This document shows positions 39,622 to 47,565 of a stretch of 64,000 nucleotides of DNA, piece by piece. Under the pieces are notes generated by a model. That model was not told the origin of the DNA, did not search any database, and saw only the letters and a list, made by a program, of their open reading frames with translations. Source of the DNA: Chloroflexota bacterium (GTDB lineage: Bacteria > Chloroflexota > Limnocylindria > Limnocylindrales > CSP1-4); the NCBI GenBank assembly GCA_005889475.1, contig VBGT01000026.1:17544-81543 (forward strand), written 5' to 3'. The translations under genes were made by a program, and so were the position numbers. The first letter of the stretch is position 1. Each line of letters begins with the position of its first letter.

Positions 39622-40649
39622 CTCGCCTCTCCCTTCGCGCCGGCGAGGGATGCGTCGCCGTACAGCAGCCGCGCGACGCGCTCGATCATGGGCAGGCCGG
39701 TGACGTCGCGCTCGAGCTCGGGGACGTGGGCGAGCACCTGGTCGCCGAATGTCCGATGGATCTCGGCGAGCTGGCCCTGCTGCATCTCGAATCGGTTGCG
39801 CAGGAAGCCGGGTGCGCCGTCGGAGAGGAGCTCCTCGCGGATGAGTCGGTTGAGGACGTAGCCGCCGATGGGCACGTCAAACTTCGAGAAAAGCTCAGCG
39901 GCCTTCTTCGTGTCCACAAGGATCATCTGCTCAGGCACCACGACGAAGAAGAACGCCGTTCGCTGTCGGTCCGTCAGGATTCGCGAGGCGCTGTTGATCC
40001 GCCCGCGGATGTACTGCAGCTCGCCGAGGATCTGATCCTCGTCGACCTCCTTCTGGCGCTTCATCCGCGCCGCAACCTCCTCGTACTCGCGCATCTCCTC
40101 GCGTAGTCGGGTGATCCTGGCGATCCACTCGTCGTAGACCTTCGCCATGGACAGGTAGTACAGGGCGTGGCCGAGCGGCACGAGGTCGTAGATGTAGAAG
40201 TCGTAGTCGCCCTGGTTCACGATGTCGACAACCGAATCGAAGATCGCCGACTCCTCCATCGCCGGCTCCGCCGATGCCGCCTGGATGTAGTCCTCGATCT
40301 CCTGGGGGACCTCGTCCAGGCCGTACATGTCCAGGATCTTCTGGCGGATCTCCTGCTGGTATTCCCGAATGTGCCGGTCGGCATCGATCTCCTGGGCCCA
40401 CAGGTTGTCGAGGATCTTGACCGGGCCCTTGCCGAAGATGTCCTGCTGGAAGATGTCGGAGAGGCTCGCCTGCGGATCGACCGAGAACACGAGCACCCGC
40501 TTGCCCTGCTCGGCCAGCCAGAACGCGGTTGCGGCCGAGAAGGTGGTCTTCCCCAGGCCACCCTTGCCGCCGAACATCACGTATCGGCGTTCCGGGTGGG
40601 CGCGGAACGCCTCCGCCAGCTCGGTCGAGGCGACCGTCGCTGTGGTCAT
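39618..40649 (-). CDS. ArsA/Get3-family P-loop ATPase (paralogue A)
   Basis: Motifs FGGKGGLGKT, SVDPQASLSD and YDLVPLGHALYYL. It starts 3 nt after the stop of the upstream small gene. Confidence 0.85.
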   Translation of the reverse strand: MTTATVASTELAEAFRAHPERRYVMFGGKGGLGKTTFSAATAFWLAEQGKRVLVFSVDPQASLSDIFQQDIFGKGPVKILDNLWAQEIDADRHIREYQQEIRQKILDMYGLDEVPQEIEDYIQAASAEPAMEESAIFDSVVDIVNQGDYDFYIYDLVPLGHALYYLSMAKVYDEWIARITRLREEMREYEEVAARMKRQKEVDEDQILGELQYIRGRINSASRILTDRQRTAFFFVVVPEQMILVDTKKAAELFSKFDVPIGGYVLNRLIREELLSDGAPGFLRNRFEMQQGQLAEIHRTFGDQVLAHVPELERDVTGLPMIERVARLLYGDASLAGAKGEAR

Positions 40650-40652
40650 CGG

Positions 40653-40949
40653 CTAGAACATCGCATCCGTGAGGTCCTTCTCACGGAGCATCCGCCGCTT
40701 CCATGTCGCGATCTGGGGGACGGCGTACGGGAGGAGCCGGAGCGAGTAGTAGGGCGGCAGGATCGGGACGCCGAGCATGTCGCCCATCGTCGTCAGGATG
40801 AACAGGTGCTCCATGCTCGCCCGCGTTCGCATGGCGTACCGCGTCATGTCATGGGCGGCCATCCCATAGGTGACTTCGCGCAATCGACCGAGGATGCCCC
40901 GGACGCCATCCTGGCCCTCTGGCTTGTCGCTTTGCGGCTTCTCTGGCAT
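40653..40949 (-). CDS. 98-aa conserved hydrophobic protein, unknown family (paralogue 2)
   Basis: A strong SD (GGAAGGAGGAG) lies 6 nt upstream of the ATG. GC3 is high. About half of its residues are identical to the upstream paralogue, including GDM, PPYY-LRLLP and IATWKRR-LRE. Confidence 0.75.
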   Translation of the reverse strand: MPEKPQSDKPEGQDGVRGILGRLREVTYGMAAHDMTRYAMRTRASMEHLFILTTMGDMLGVPILPPYYSLRLLPYAVPQIATWKRRMLREKDLTDAMF

Positions 40950-40980
40950 CAGCTCCTCCTTCCGCCCGCCGGCGGTCGGA

Positions 40981-41298
40981 TCACACGCCGTGCAGGTGGT
41001 ACTCGTGCTGGTCGCTGAACTCGCGCTCGCGCAGCACCCGCCGTTTCCAGGTGGCGATCTCGGGCGTCACGAACGGCAGGAGCCGAAGCGCGTAGTAGGG
41101 CGGGATCACCGGAAGGCCGATCATGTCGCCGACGACAACGACCATGAACAGATTCTCGAGCGCGGCGCGTGTCTCGAGGGCGTGGCGGGCGAACTCGTAG
41201 CCGGTCATCCCGTAGGCGAACTCGCGGAGCGCCGCGCGCAATCCGCGGGGGCGTACGGCCGATCGCGGGCCGGTGGCTGGCTCGGTCATCCAGTCCAT
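40981..41298 (-). CDS. ~102-105-aa conserved hydrophobic protein, unknown family (paralogue 1)
   Basis: The start is ATG at 41298 or 41289. The sequence reads LREFAYGM...LFMVVVVGDMIGLPVIPPYYALRLLPFVTPEIATWKRRVLRE. The longer ORF (to 41847) is a Ser/Arg-rich shadow of the divergent gene. Confidence 0.7.
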   Translation of the reverse strand: MDWMTEPATGPRSAVRPRGLRAALREFAYGMTGYEFARHALETRAALENLFMVVVVGDMIGLPVIPPYYALRLLPFVTPEIATWKRRVLREREFSDQHEYHLHGV

Positions 41299-41401
41299 CC
41301 ATGCGGGCTCTCGAGGACCTCGCGACTCTAGCAGAAGCCGGCGACGACCCCTCTGAACGACTCCGCGATCCACGACGTTGGCCGTCCAGTAGAGTCCGGC
41401 C

Positions 41402-42061
41402 ATGCCCGATGCCTCCGCGATCGTGACCTTCCTCGCGATCGCATTGCTGCTCATGATCATGCTCTCGTTCGCCTTCGGTACCCAGTGGAACATCCGCAAG
41501 GGCAATGCGCGCCTGCGGTGGCTGCAGCCGGCGCTCCCGGTGTTGGGCGAGCGAACGACACTCCGCTGGCTCGGCAGCTCGGTGGTCCAGCTGGACCTCG
41601 TCGAGCCGCGGGACCCGTTCCGGGAGGTCACGGTCATGGTCGTCCTCGAGCCGCGGGACGTGCCACTGCTGTGGCTGTTCGCCCGTGCCGGGGGCCGCCG
41701 CGACATGCTGATCCTCCGGGCCAGCCTCCGGCGTGCCCCTCGGCTGGAGGTAGAGGCCGTGGCAGCCGGCGCTTGGATCAAGGCAAGCGACGACGAGGAG
41801 GTGGCCACGTGGCCGGCGATTTCCTTCCCGAACGACATCCGCGCCACGGCGGTGCCGGGCTCCGATCCGGCGAGTGTCGCGGCGGTACGGCGTGCCTGGG
41901 AGCGACTGGCGACCGCATCCGGCGGCGTCTGGCGGCTGTCGATCCGGCGGACCGTGCCCCATCTCGAGGTTCACCTGAGACCGTCGAGCGACCCGGGCGC
42001 CCCGCCAATGAAGGTCGTGGACACGATCAGGGATCTCGCTGTCGAGCTGTCGAGGGCTTGA
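41402..42061 (+). CDS. N-terminally anchored membrane protein, function unknown
   Basis: ATG at 41402, with the TM segment IVTFLAIALLLMIMLSFAF. GC3 is high. It is divergent from the small-protein/ATPase operon across a 103-nt spacer. Confidence 0.65.
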   Translation: MPDASAIVTFLAIALLLMIMLSFAFGTQWNIRKGNARLRWLQPALPVLGERTTLRWLGSSVVQLDLVEPRDPFREVTVMVVLEPRDVPLLWLFARAGGRRDMLILRASLRRAPRLEVEAVAAGAWIKASDDEEVATWPAISFPNDIRATAVPGSDPASVAAVRRAWERLATASGGVWRLSIRRTVPHLEVHLRPSSDPGAPPMKVVDTIRDLAVELSRA

Positions 42062-42121
42062 ACAGATGACGGTGCGGGCTCATGCGGAGCCCGCACCCAC
42101 CTCTGAACGGCGACAGCCGGT

Positions 42122-44017
42122 TCAGCCCGAGGCTGGCGCGGCCGCCGGCGTCGGTTCGGCGCGGAGGCGGTTCCAAGCGATCCAGGCGTCGTACGCGATC
42201 AGCAGCGCGGCCACGAAGAGCAGCACCGAGACGGCGATCATCGCCCAGGCCCCGGCGATCGAGATCACGGCCTGGCCCGGCTGCGTCGCGATCGTCGCGT
42301 ACAGGTTGTAGGCCGTGACGATCGTGGCGGCCATGGTCGTCACGTACATGAACACCATCGGGATGCCGGCGAACGCCGGGTTCCTCCCGACCGACCGCAG
42401 CCACACCGTGACGAGCAGCAGGCTGAGGGCGGCCAGGAGCTGGTTCGAGGCCCCGAACAGCTGCCACAGGTAGACCCACGTCCCCGACAGGACGAGGGCC
42501 ATGGTGATGACCATCCCGACGATCGATGCGACGTGCTGGTTCTTGAAGCCGACCCAGCGATCGCCGAGCCACTCGCCGAGGGTGACGCGCATCACGCGGA
42601 ACACGAGCTGCACGACGGTCAGGACGATCACGACGAACGCCCCGAACCCGAGCGCGGTTCCGAGGGGCAGCGGGATCGTCTGGAAGGACGCGACATGGAT
42701 GAGCCGACCGACGCCGGCCGCGAAAGCACCGGCTCCGGCACCCGTGCCGACGATCGCGACGGCGGTGAGCGACAGGAGTCCGAGCGTGTTCTCCGAGAAC
42801 ATCCCGCCTCCACCGACGGGGAGCGCGTCGGTCTCGTACTCCAGCTGACGGGCCGTGCCGATCGAGCCGAACAGCGCATGCCAGCCCGAGATGGCACCGC
42901 AGGCGATCGTCACGAACAGCATGGGCCACAGCGGCTGTATGCCGACCGCGGTCGCGCCCATGAAGCCCTTGGCGTCCTGCAATGCGAAGGCGCCGGCCGG
43001 CGCCGTCGCGTTGGGCAGCGTGACGAATGGCGCGATGAGCGCCCCGATCGCGCTCACCCCGATGACGATGGCGGTGATCCAGAAGCCGATGTAGTTCACG
43101 GGTTGCGCAAACCGCCAGATCGCCATGTTCGCACCGAGGTAGCTGAACACCAGGAGCGCGATCGACCAGAACAGGAAGTTCGGGAGGACCTTGATCTCGT
43201 TCGTCGCGGCGACGTACGTCGCCGTGTCGCTGCGCTTGCCATCGACCGGTGCCGGGATCCGCGGGTCGGCGAACGTCGGGTCGGTGACCCGGTAGATCTC
43301 GCCGCCTGAATTGATCGACGCGTTGATCGAGTTGACGATCCCGCTGATCGGCCCGGTCGACCAGTCGGTCGGCTTGCCCGGCGTGAACGTCGCCCCGAGC
43401 GGACCGAGCGCCATCGCGCCGAGCGTGAGGGCCACGGTCAGGAGAGAGACGCCGACGATGCTCATCCGCAGCCGGTAGATGGCGTACCCCGCGAACAGCC
43501 CGGCGAGCGCGAGGACGAGGATGCCGAACGGCACGTCGGGGCGGGCGGCCAGGATGCCGGCCATGATCCCGACGAAAGCGCCGGCGATCAGGAGCAGGTA
43601 GAAGAAGATGAACACGAACAGGATGCGCCGGGTCCGCGGCGAGATCAGCCGGTGGGCGATCGCGCTCAGCGAGTTCCCGTCGTTGCGGACGGCCATCATG
43701 ATCGCGCTGTAGTCGCTCGCCCAGCCGATAAAGCTGACGCCGATCATCAGCCACAGGACCGACGGAAGCCAGCCCCACAGGTTCGCGGCGGTGATGACGC
43801 CGACGATCGGCCCTGCGGCGGCGATCGACTTGAAGTGGTAGCCGTACAGGACGAACCGGCTCGTGGGCATGAAGTCGGCCCCGTCCATGTACATCCGCGC
43901 CGGCGTGGCGCGATTGGGATCGGCCTGGATGACGGTCCTGTCGATCCGCTTCGCGTAGAAGGTGTAGGCGAGGTAGATGACGACCACGCCGATGACGACG
44001 ATCCAGAGTGAGCTCAT
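42122..44017 (-). CDS. cstA: carbon starvation protein A (peptide/pyruvate transporter family)
   Basis: 631 aa. The N-terminus is typical of CstA (YGYHFKSIAAAGPIVGVITAANLWGWLPSVLWLMIGVSFIGWASDY). The SD GGGAGG lies 5 nt upstream. Confidence 0.9.
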   Translation of the reverse strand: MSSLWIVVIGVVVIYLAYTFYAKRIDRTVIQADPNRATPARMYMDGADFMPTSRFVLYGYHFKSIAAAGPIVGVITAANLWGWLPSVLWLMIGVSFIGWASDYSAIMMAVRNDGNSLSAIAHRLISPRTRRILFVFIFFYLLLIAGAFVGIMAGILAARPDVPFGILVLALAGLFAGYAIYRLRMSIVGVSLLTVALTLGAMALGPLGATFTPGKPTDWSTGPISGIVNSINASINSGGEIYRVTDPTFADPRIPAPVDGKRSDTATYVAATNEIKVLPNFLFWSIALLVFSYLGANMAIWRFAQPVNYIGFWITAIVIGVSAIGALIAPFVTLPNATAPAGAFALQDAKGFMGATAVGIQPLWPMLFVTIACGAISGWHALFGSIGTARQLEYETDALPVGGGGMFSENTLGLLSLTAVAIVGTGAGAGAFAAGVGRLIHVASFQTIPLPLGTALGFGAFVVIVLTVVQLVFRVMRVTLGEWLGDRWVGFKNQHVASIVGMVITMALVLSGTWVYLWQLFGASNQLLAALSLLLVTVWLRSVGRNPAFAGIPMVFMYVTTMAATIVTAYNLYATIATQPGQAVISIAGAWAMIAVSVLLFVAALLIAYDAWIAWNRLRAEPTPAAAPASG

Positions 44018-44032
44018 CCGAACCTCCCTAGC

Positions 44033-44416
44033 TCACGCCCCGACCTGGGCCGCGCGGGACAGCGCACGGGCAATCTGGGGCTCCGCTGCTGCGTAGTCGT
44101 TGCCGATGACGACAGGCTCGCCGTCGACGATGACGGCCGGATGCCGCCAGGCGCGATGACGCAGGGACGCGAGGAAACCTTCGATCGACGCCGCGTCGAT
44201 CACCTCCACGTGGATCCGCGGGCCATGGCGGTTGACGATCGCCCGGACCCAGTCCGAGAGCCGAGCGAAGTCGAGGGCGAGGTCCTTGGGCAGGGCGCTC
44301 GCGGCTTCCTCGCGGCGGATCCGCTCGCCGAGGCCCACTTCGCCGAACGCCAGCTCGCAGTGCTGGCAGTGCGTGAACACGGTCGGGGCGTACGTGATGA
44401 CCTTGACGGTCACCAC
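44033..44416 (-). CDS. small thioredoxin-fold-like CxxC protein (YuzD-like layout), co-transcribed with cstA
   Basis: A GTG-GTG start at 44416/44413 is preceded by AGAGG. The sequence is VKVITYAPTVFTHCQHCE ... HPAVIVDGEPVVIGN. It ends 15 nt upstream of cstA. Confidence 0.55.
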   Translation of the reverse strand: MVTVKVITYAPTVFTHCQHCELAFGEVGLGERIRREEAASALPKDLALDFARLSDWVRAIVNRHGPRIHVEVIDAASIEGFLASLRHRAWRHPAVIVDGEPVVIGNDYAAAEPQIARALSRAAQVGA

Positions 44417-44619
44417 GTCGGAACCTCTGTCTCGCCTGGCTGGACGACGGAGCAATCGCACGGCACCACCAACCCGGCCCGCGTGAGCCTGGCGGGATCA
44501 TGGGCGAGATGGCGTACCGTCGGGCGACGATTGCGCTCGCGGTGGACCTTTCGGTTTCCTCACAGATTGGCCGCCGAACGACGCCTGCGCCTTGCACGCG
44601 AAGCATCACGGACCGGCGG

Positions 44620-44639
44620 GCCGACCCTTTCGGGGCAGC
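44620..44639 (-). terminator. GNRA-capped hairpin just downstream of gabT (candidate intrinsic terminator without a U-tract)
   Basis: On the minus strand the sequence is GCUGCCCC-GAAA-GGGUCGGC, 10 nt after the gabT stop. Confidence 0.3.
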
Positions 44640-44649
44640 GCTTGATTTC

Positions 44650-46032
44650 CTAGCCGGCGACCTCGCCGTCGTGCAGCGCGCCCGCCGCGGCGGCCTGGCG
44701 GGCGATCTCGGACGGATGGGTCGCGACGGCCTCGACGGCCTCGCCGAAGATCCGAACGGCGGTCTCGACGTCCGATTCGGAGGCGATGAGGGGCGGGCAC
44801 AGGCGCACGGTCTGCCGACCGCACTCGAGGACGAGCAGGCCGCGGACGAAGCACGCCCACTGGACCTCCTCGGCGAGCTTCGGATCGGCGAACTCGACGC
44901 CGATCATCAGGCCCTTGCCGCGGACGTCGAGGATCGTGTCGGGGGAGCGGCGCGCCAGCTCGCGCAGCCCGGCCAGCAGCTGCTCGCCGCGGGCGGCGGC
45001 ATTGTCGACGAGGCCGCCCTCGAGCAGCTCGATCGTGGCCAGCGCCGCGGCGCACGCGACCGGATTGCCGCCGTATGTCGAGCCATGGGCGCCCACGCCC
45101 CACGACTCCATGAGCTCCGCGCGCGCCACCATCGCGCCGAGCGGCATGCCGCTGGCGATCCCCTTCGCGACGAGGAGGATGTCCGGCTCGACGCCCCAGT
45201 GCTCGACCGCCCACATCTTCCCGGTCCGGCCCGCGCCCGACTGGATCTCGTCGGCGACGAGCAGGATTCCGTGCCGCGTGCACAGCTCGCGGAGCCCTTC
45301 GAGGAACCCGTCATCCGGGACGATGTAGCCGCCCTCGCCCTGGATCGGCTCGACGACGATCGCCGCGACCTCGTCGGCCGAGACCAGGTGCTTGAACAGC
45401 ACGTCGTCGAACCAGCGCAGGTGCTCCACCTTGCCGAACGGCGCGTGATGGATGCCGGGCAGGAGCGGGCCGAAGCCGGCGTGGTACTTCGCCTTCGAGG
45501 CGGTGAGGCTCAACGAGCCGTAGGTTCGGCCGTGGAAGCCGCCGAGGAACCCGACGATGTACGGCCGACCGGTGGCGTACCGGGCGAGCTTCATCGCCGC
45601 CTCGACGACCTCGGTGCCGGAGTTGCCCAGGTAGGTGCGGAGCTTGCCGCGCATCGGCGCGATCCGGGCGAGCTCGCGCGCCGTCTCGGCATAGATCGGG
45701 AGGTAGAAGTCGGAGGCCGAGTAATGGATCAGCTCGGAGGCCTGCTCCTTGATCGCGCCGATGACGCGCGGGTGGGCGTGGCCGGTGGAGTTGACCGCGA
45801 TTCCCGCGGCGAAGTCGAGGAACAGGTTGCCGTCGATGTCCTCGATGGCCATGCCCCGGCCGCGGACGGGCACGATGGGATATGCGCGCGGCAGGCTCGG
45901 CGACGTCCACTCCTCGTCGAAGGTGACGTGGGCTCGCGCCTTCGGCCCGGGGATCTCGGTGACCAGGTCCGGCAGCGGTCGCTCGCTCATCGGGCGGGAG
46001 GCGCGATCGATGGACGAGACGCTCTGGGCCAC
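44650..46032 (-). CDS. gabT: 4-aminobutyrate / omega-amino acid aminotransferase (class III)
   Basis: The GTG at 46032 is preceded by GAGGTG. Motifs are EIPGPKA, ADEIQSGAGRTG, AKGIASG and STYGGNP. Confidence 0.85.
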   Translation of the reverse strand: MAQSVSSIDRASRPMSERPLPDLVTEIPGPKARAHVTFDEEWTSPSLPRAYPIVPVRGRGMAIEDIDGNLFLDFAAGIAVNSTGHAHPRVIGAIKEQASELIHYSASDFYLPIYAETARELARIAPMRGKLRTYLGNSGTEVVEAAMKLARYATGRPYIVGFLGGFHGRTYGSLSLTASKAKYHAGFGPLLPGIHHAPFGKVEHLRWFDDVLFKHLVSADEVAAIVVEPIQGEGGYIVPDDGFLEGLRELCTRHGILLVADEIQSGAGRTGKMWAVEHWGVEPDILLVAKGIASGMPLGAMVARAELMESWGVGAHGSTYGGNPVACAAALATIELLEGGLVDNAAARGEQLLAGLRELARRSPDTILDVRGKGLMIGVEFADPKLAEEVQWACFVRGLLVLECGRQTVRLCPPLIASESDVETAVRIFGEAVEAVATHPSEIARQAAAAGALHDGEVAG

Positions 46033-46097
46033 CGAACACCTCGAAGCCGATGCATAGGAACTATGCAGACTGGATAGAAATCGAGTCTAGCAGCGGG

Positions 46098-47150
46098 TCA
46101 GAACGGCGGGAAGCTCGGGTCGGGGCCCATCGTCTGCACTTGCTCGACCACGAGCCGTTCGCGGCAGTAAAGCACGGCGGTCCGCTTGTCGACCGTCGTT
46201 GCAGTCGTGCCTGCACCGTCGACCATCGTGCACTTCGTCGAGCGCGAGTCATCGACGTGGACGACGACGCTGACTCGAGTCCCGGCGGCAGGTCGTGCGG
46301 GGCCACCCGGCGCAAACCGGACGGCCAGCGGGCCGATCCTTGCCGCCGGGTTCACGGAGAGGAAGTCGAACTCCTGGGGCACCGCGAGCCAGAGCGGCTT
46401 GAACGTCCCGACGTAGACGCCGCCACAACCCGGGCAGCCATACGTTCCCGCCAGCGTGATCGGCGCGCCGAAGCACGCCAGGCGCTCGGCGGCGAGCATG
46501 CCCTGGACGTTCTCGAGATCGACGACGGCCGGGCAGCGCGGCGCCAGCGGGGCGAGGTACGGCGTCTCGCCGTCATTGGCCGCGACCCAGCCGGAGAGCG
46601 GTGGACCGGTCCTGTTGACCGGCGCCGTCGGCGACACCGGCAGGGGCGGCAGCGTTCCGTTCCTGTACTCGGTCAACATCACCGGGTACCACGTGAAGCC
46701 GTTCTTCGACACAGGCCCGAAGCCGAACGAGATGTTGTCATTCGGCGAGATGACCAGGACGTCGCCGCGGCTGAGCAGGGTCACGCGCTTAGCCGACGTC
46801 GACGGCTTCGTACGGAGATTCAGCTCCTTGACCGCGACCTCGACCGCGGCTCCCGGCGGGTAGACGTCGAGCGTCCCGATTGCGATGGTCGCGACGGGAG
46901 CGATGGATGGAGGGATGCTCGGGCTCGCTGCCGGGATGGTCGGGCTGGGGCCCAGCGACGCTTCGCTCGAGGGTGGGGCCGCCAGTGGCCCTGCCGCGGT
47001 CGGAGAAGCGGCCGGGGAGCTGGAGCAAGCGGCAAGGACGCCGAGCAAAGAGGTCGCGATCAGCCTGCGCAATACCGCCCCCGCTCCGAAGCTCGACGGC
47101 GGGAGTCTAGCAGCGACCTTCAGCACCGACCGGTTGCGAGCGTGCTGCAA
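46098..47150 (-). CDS. lipoprotein, function unknown
   Basis: The signal peptide has the lipobox LLGVLAAC. A Pro/Ser-rich linker follows, then a Cys-rich C-terminal domain (GCPGCGG). Confidence 0.6.
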   Translation of the reverse strand: MQHARNRSVLKVAARLPPSSFGAGAVLRRLIATSLLGVLAACSSSPAASPTAAGPLAAPPSSEASLGPSPTIPAASPSIPPSIAPVATIAIGTLDVYPPGAAVEVAVKELNLRTKPSTSAKRVTLLSRGDVLVISPNDNISFGFGPVSKNGFTWYPVMLTEYRNGTLPPLPVSPTAPVNRTGPPLSGWVAANDGETPYLAPLAPRCPAVVDLENVQGMLAAERLACFGAPITLAGTYGCPGCGGVYVGTFKPLWLAVPQEFDFLSVNPAARIGPLAVRFAPGGPARPAAGTRVSVVVHVDDSRSTKCTMVDGAGTTATTVDKRTAVLYCRERLVVEQVQTMGPDPSFPPF

Positions 47151-47565
47151 GGCGCATCCCGGCGGGAGCAGGCCAGGGCAAAGGCGGCGGCGCGCAGGCT
47201 CGGCGCATGGTCAGGAAACGATCGGCGGAGCGGCGCCAATCAGACGATCGCGCCGCCTCCAGGACCGGCCCCGTGGCCGCGCCCGAGCGGTTCGAATCGC
47301 TGGTGCCGGACTCTCGCGCCCAGGGCAAGAGCACGCGAGTGCCGCACGGCACGGCGACGCTGCGCCACCTCGAGGGTGCGGAGCAGGGACCGACGTGACC
47401 GACCAGCAATCACCTGAGCCGACCGAGGAGCCACCGGATCGCGATCGGGACCGCCCGCCCGAACAGCCACAGCCGGAGCGAGACGACGGGGTCATCGAGC
47501 TCCCGGCGCCCGCGGATCAAGCGGGCGAGTATCGCTTCGGGTGATGGCGCTGGCCGCCGTCAGCC

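Noticed and set aside
38626-40649. Annotating the two ArsA-like genes as an arsenite efflux ATPase.
   Set aside because: No arsR, arsB/acr3, arsC or arsD lies anywhere in the 64 kb. Each gene is a single half-size ATPase rather than the fused A1-A2 ArsA, and the metalloid-binding Cys triad context is not evident. I therefore call them Get3/ArsA-family only.
47395-47544. A small acidic/Pro-rich ORF (VTDQQSPEPTEEPPDRDRDRPPEQPQPERDDGVIELPAPADQAGEYRFG) between the lipoprotein and ALDH genes.
   Set aside because: It has low complexity, no SD, mixed third-position usage and no recognisable family. It is on the strand opposite to both neighbours. The support is insufficient to call a gene.
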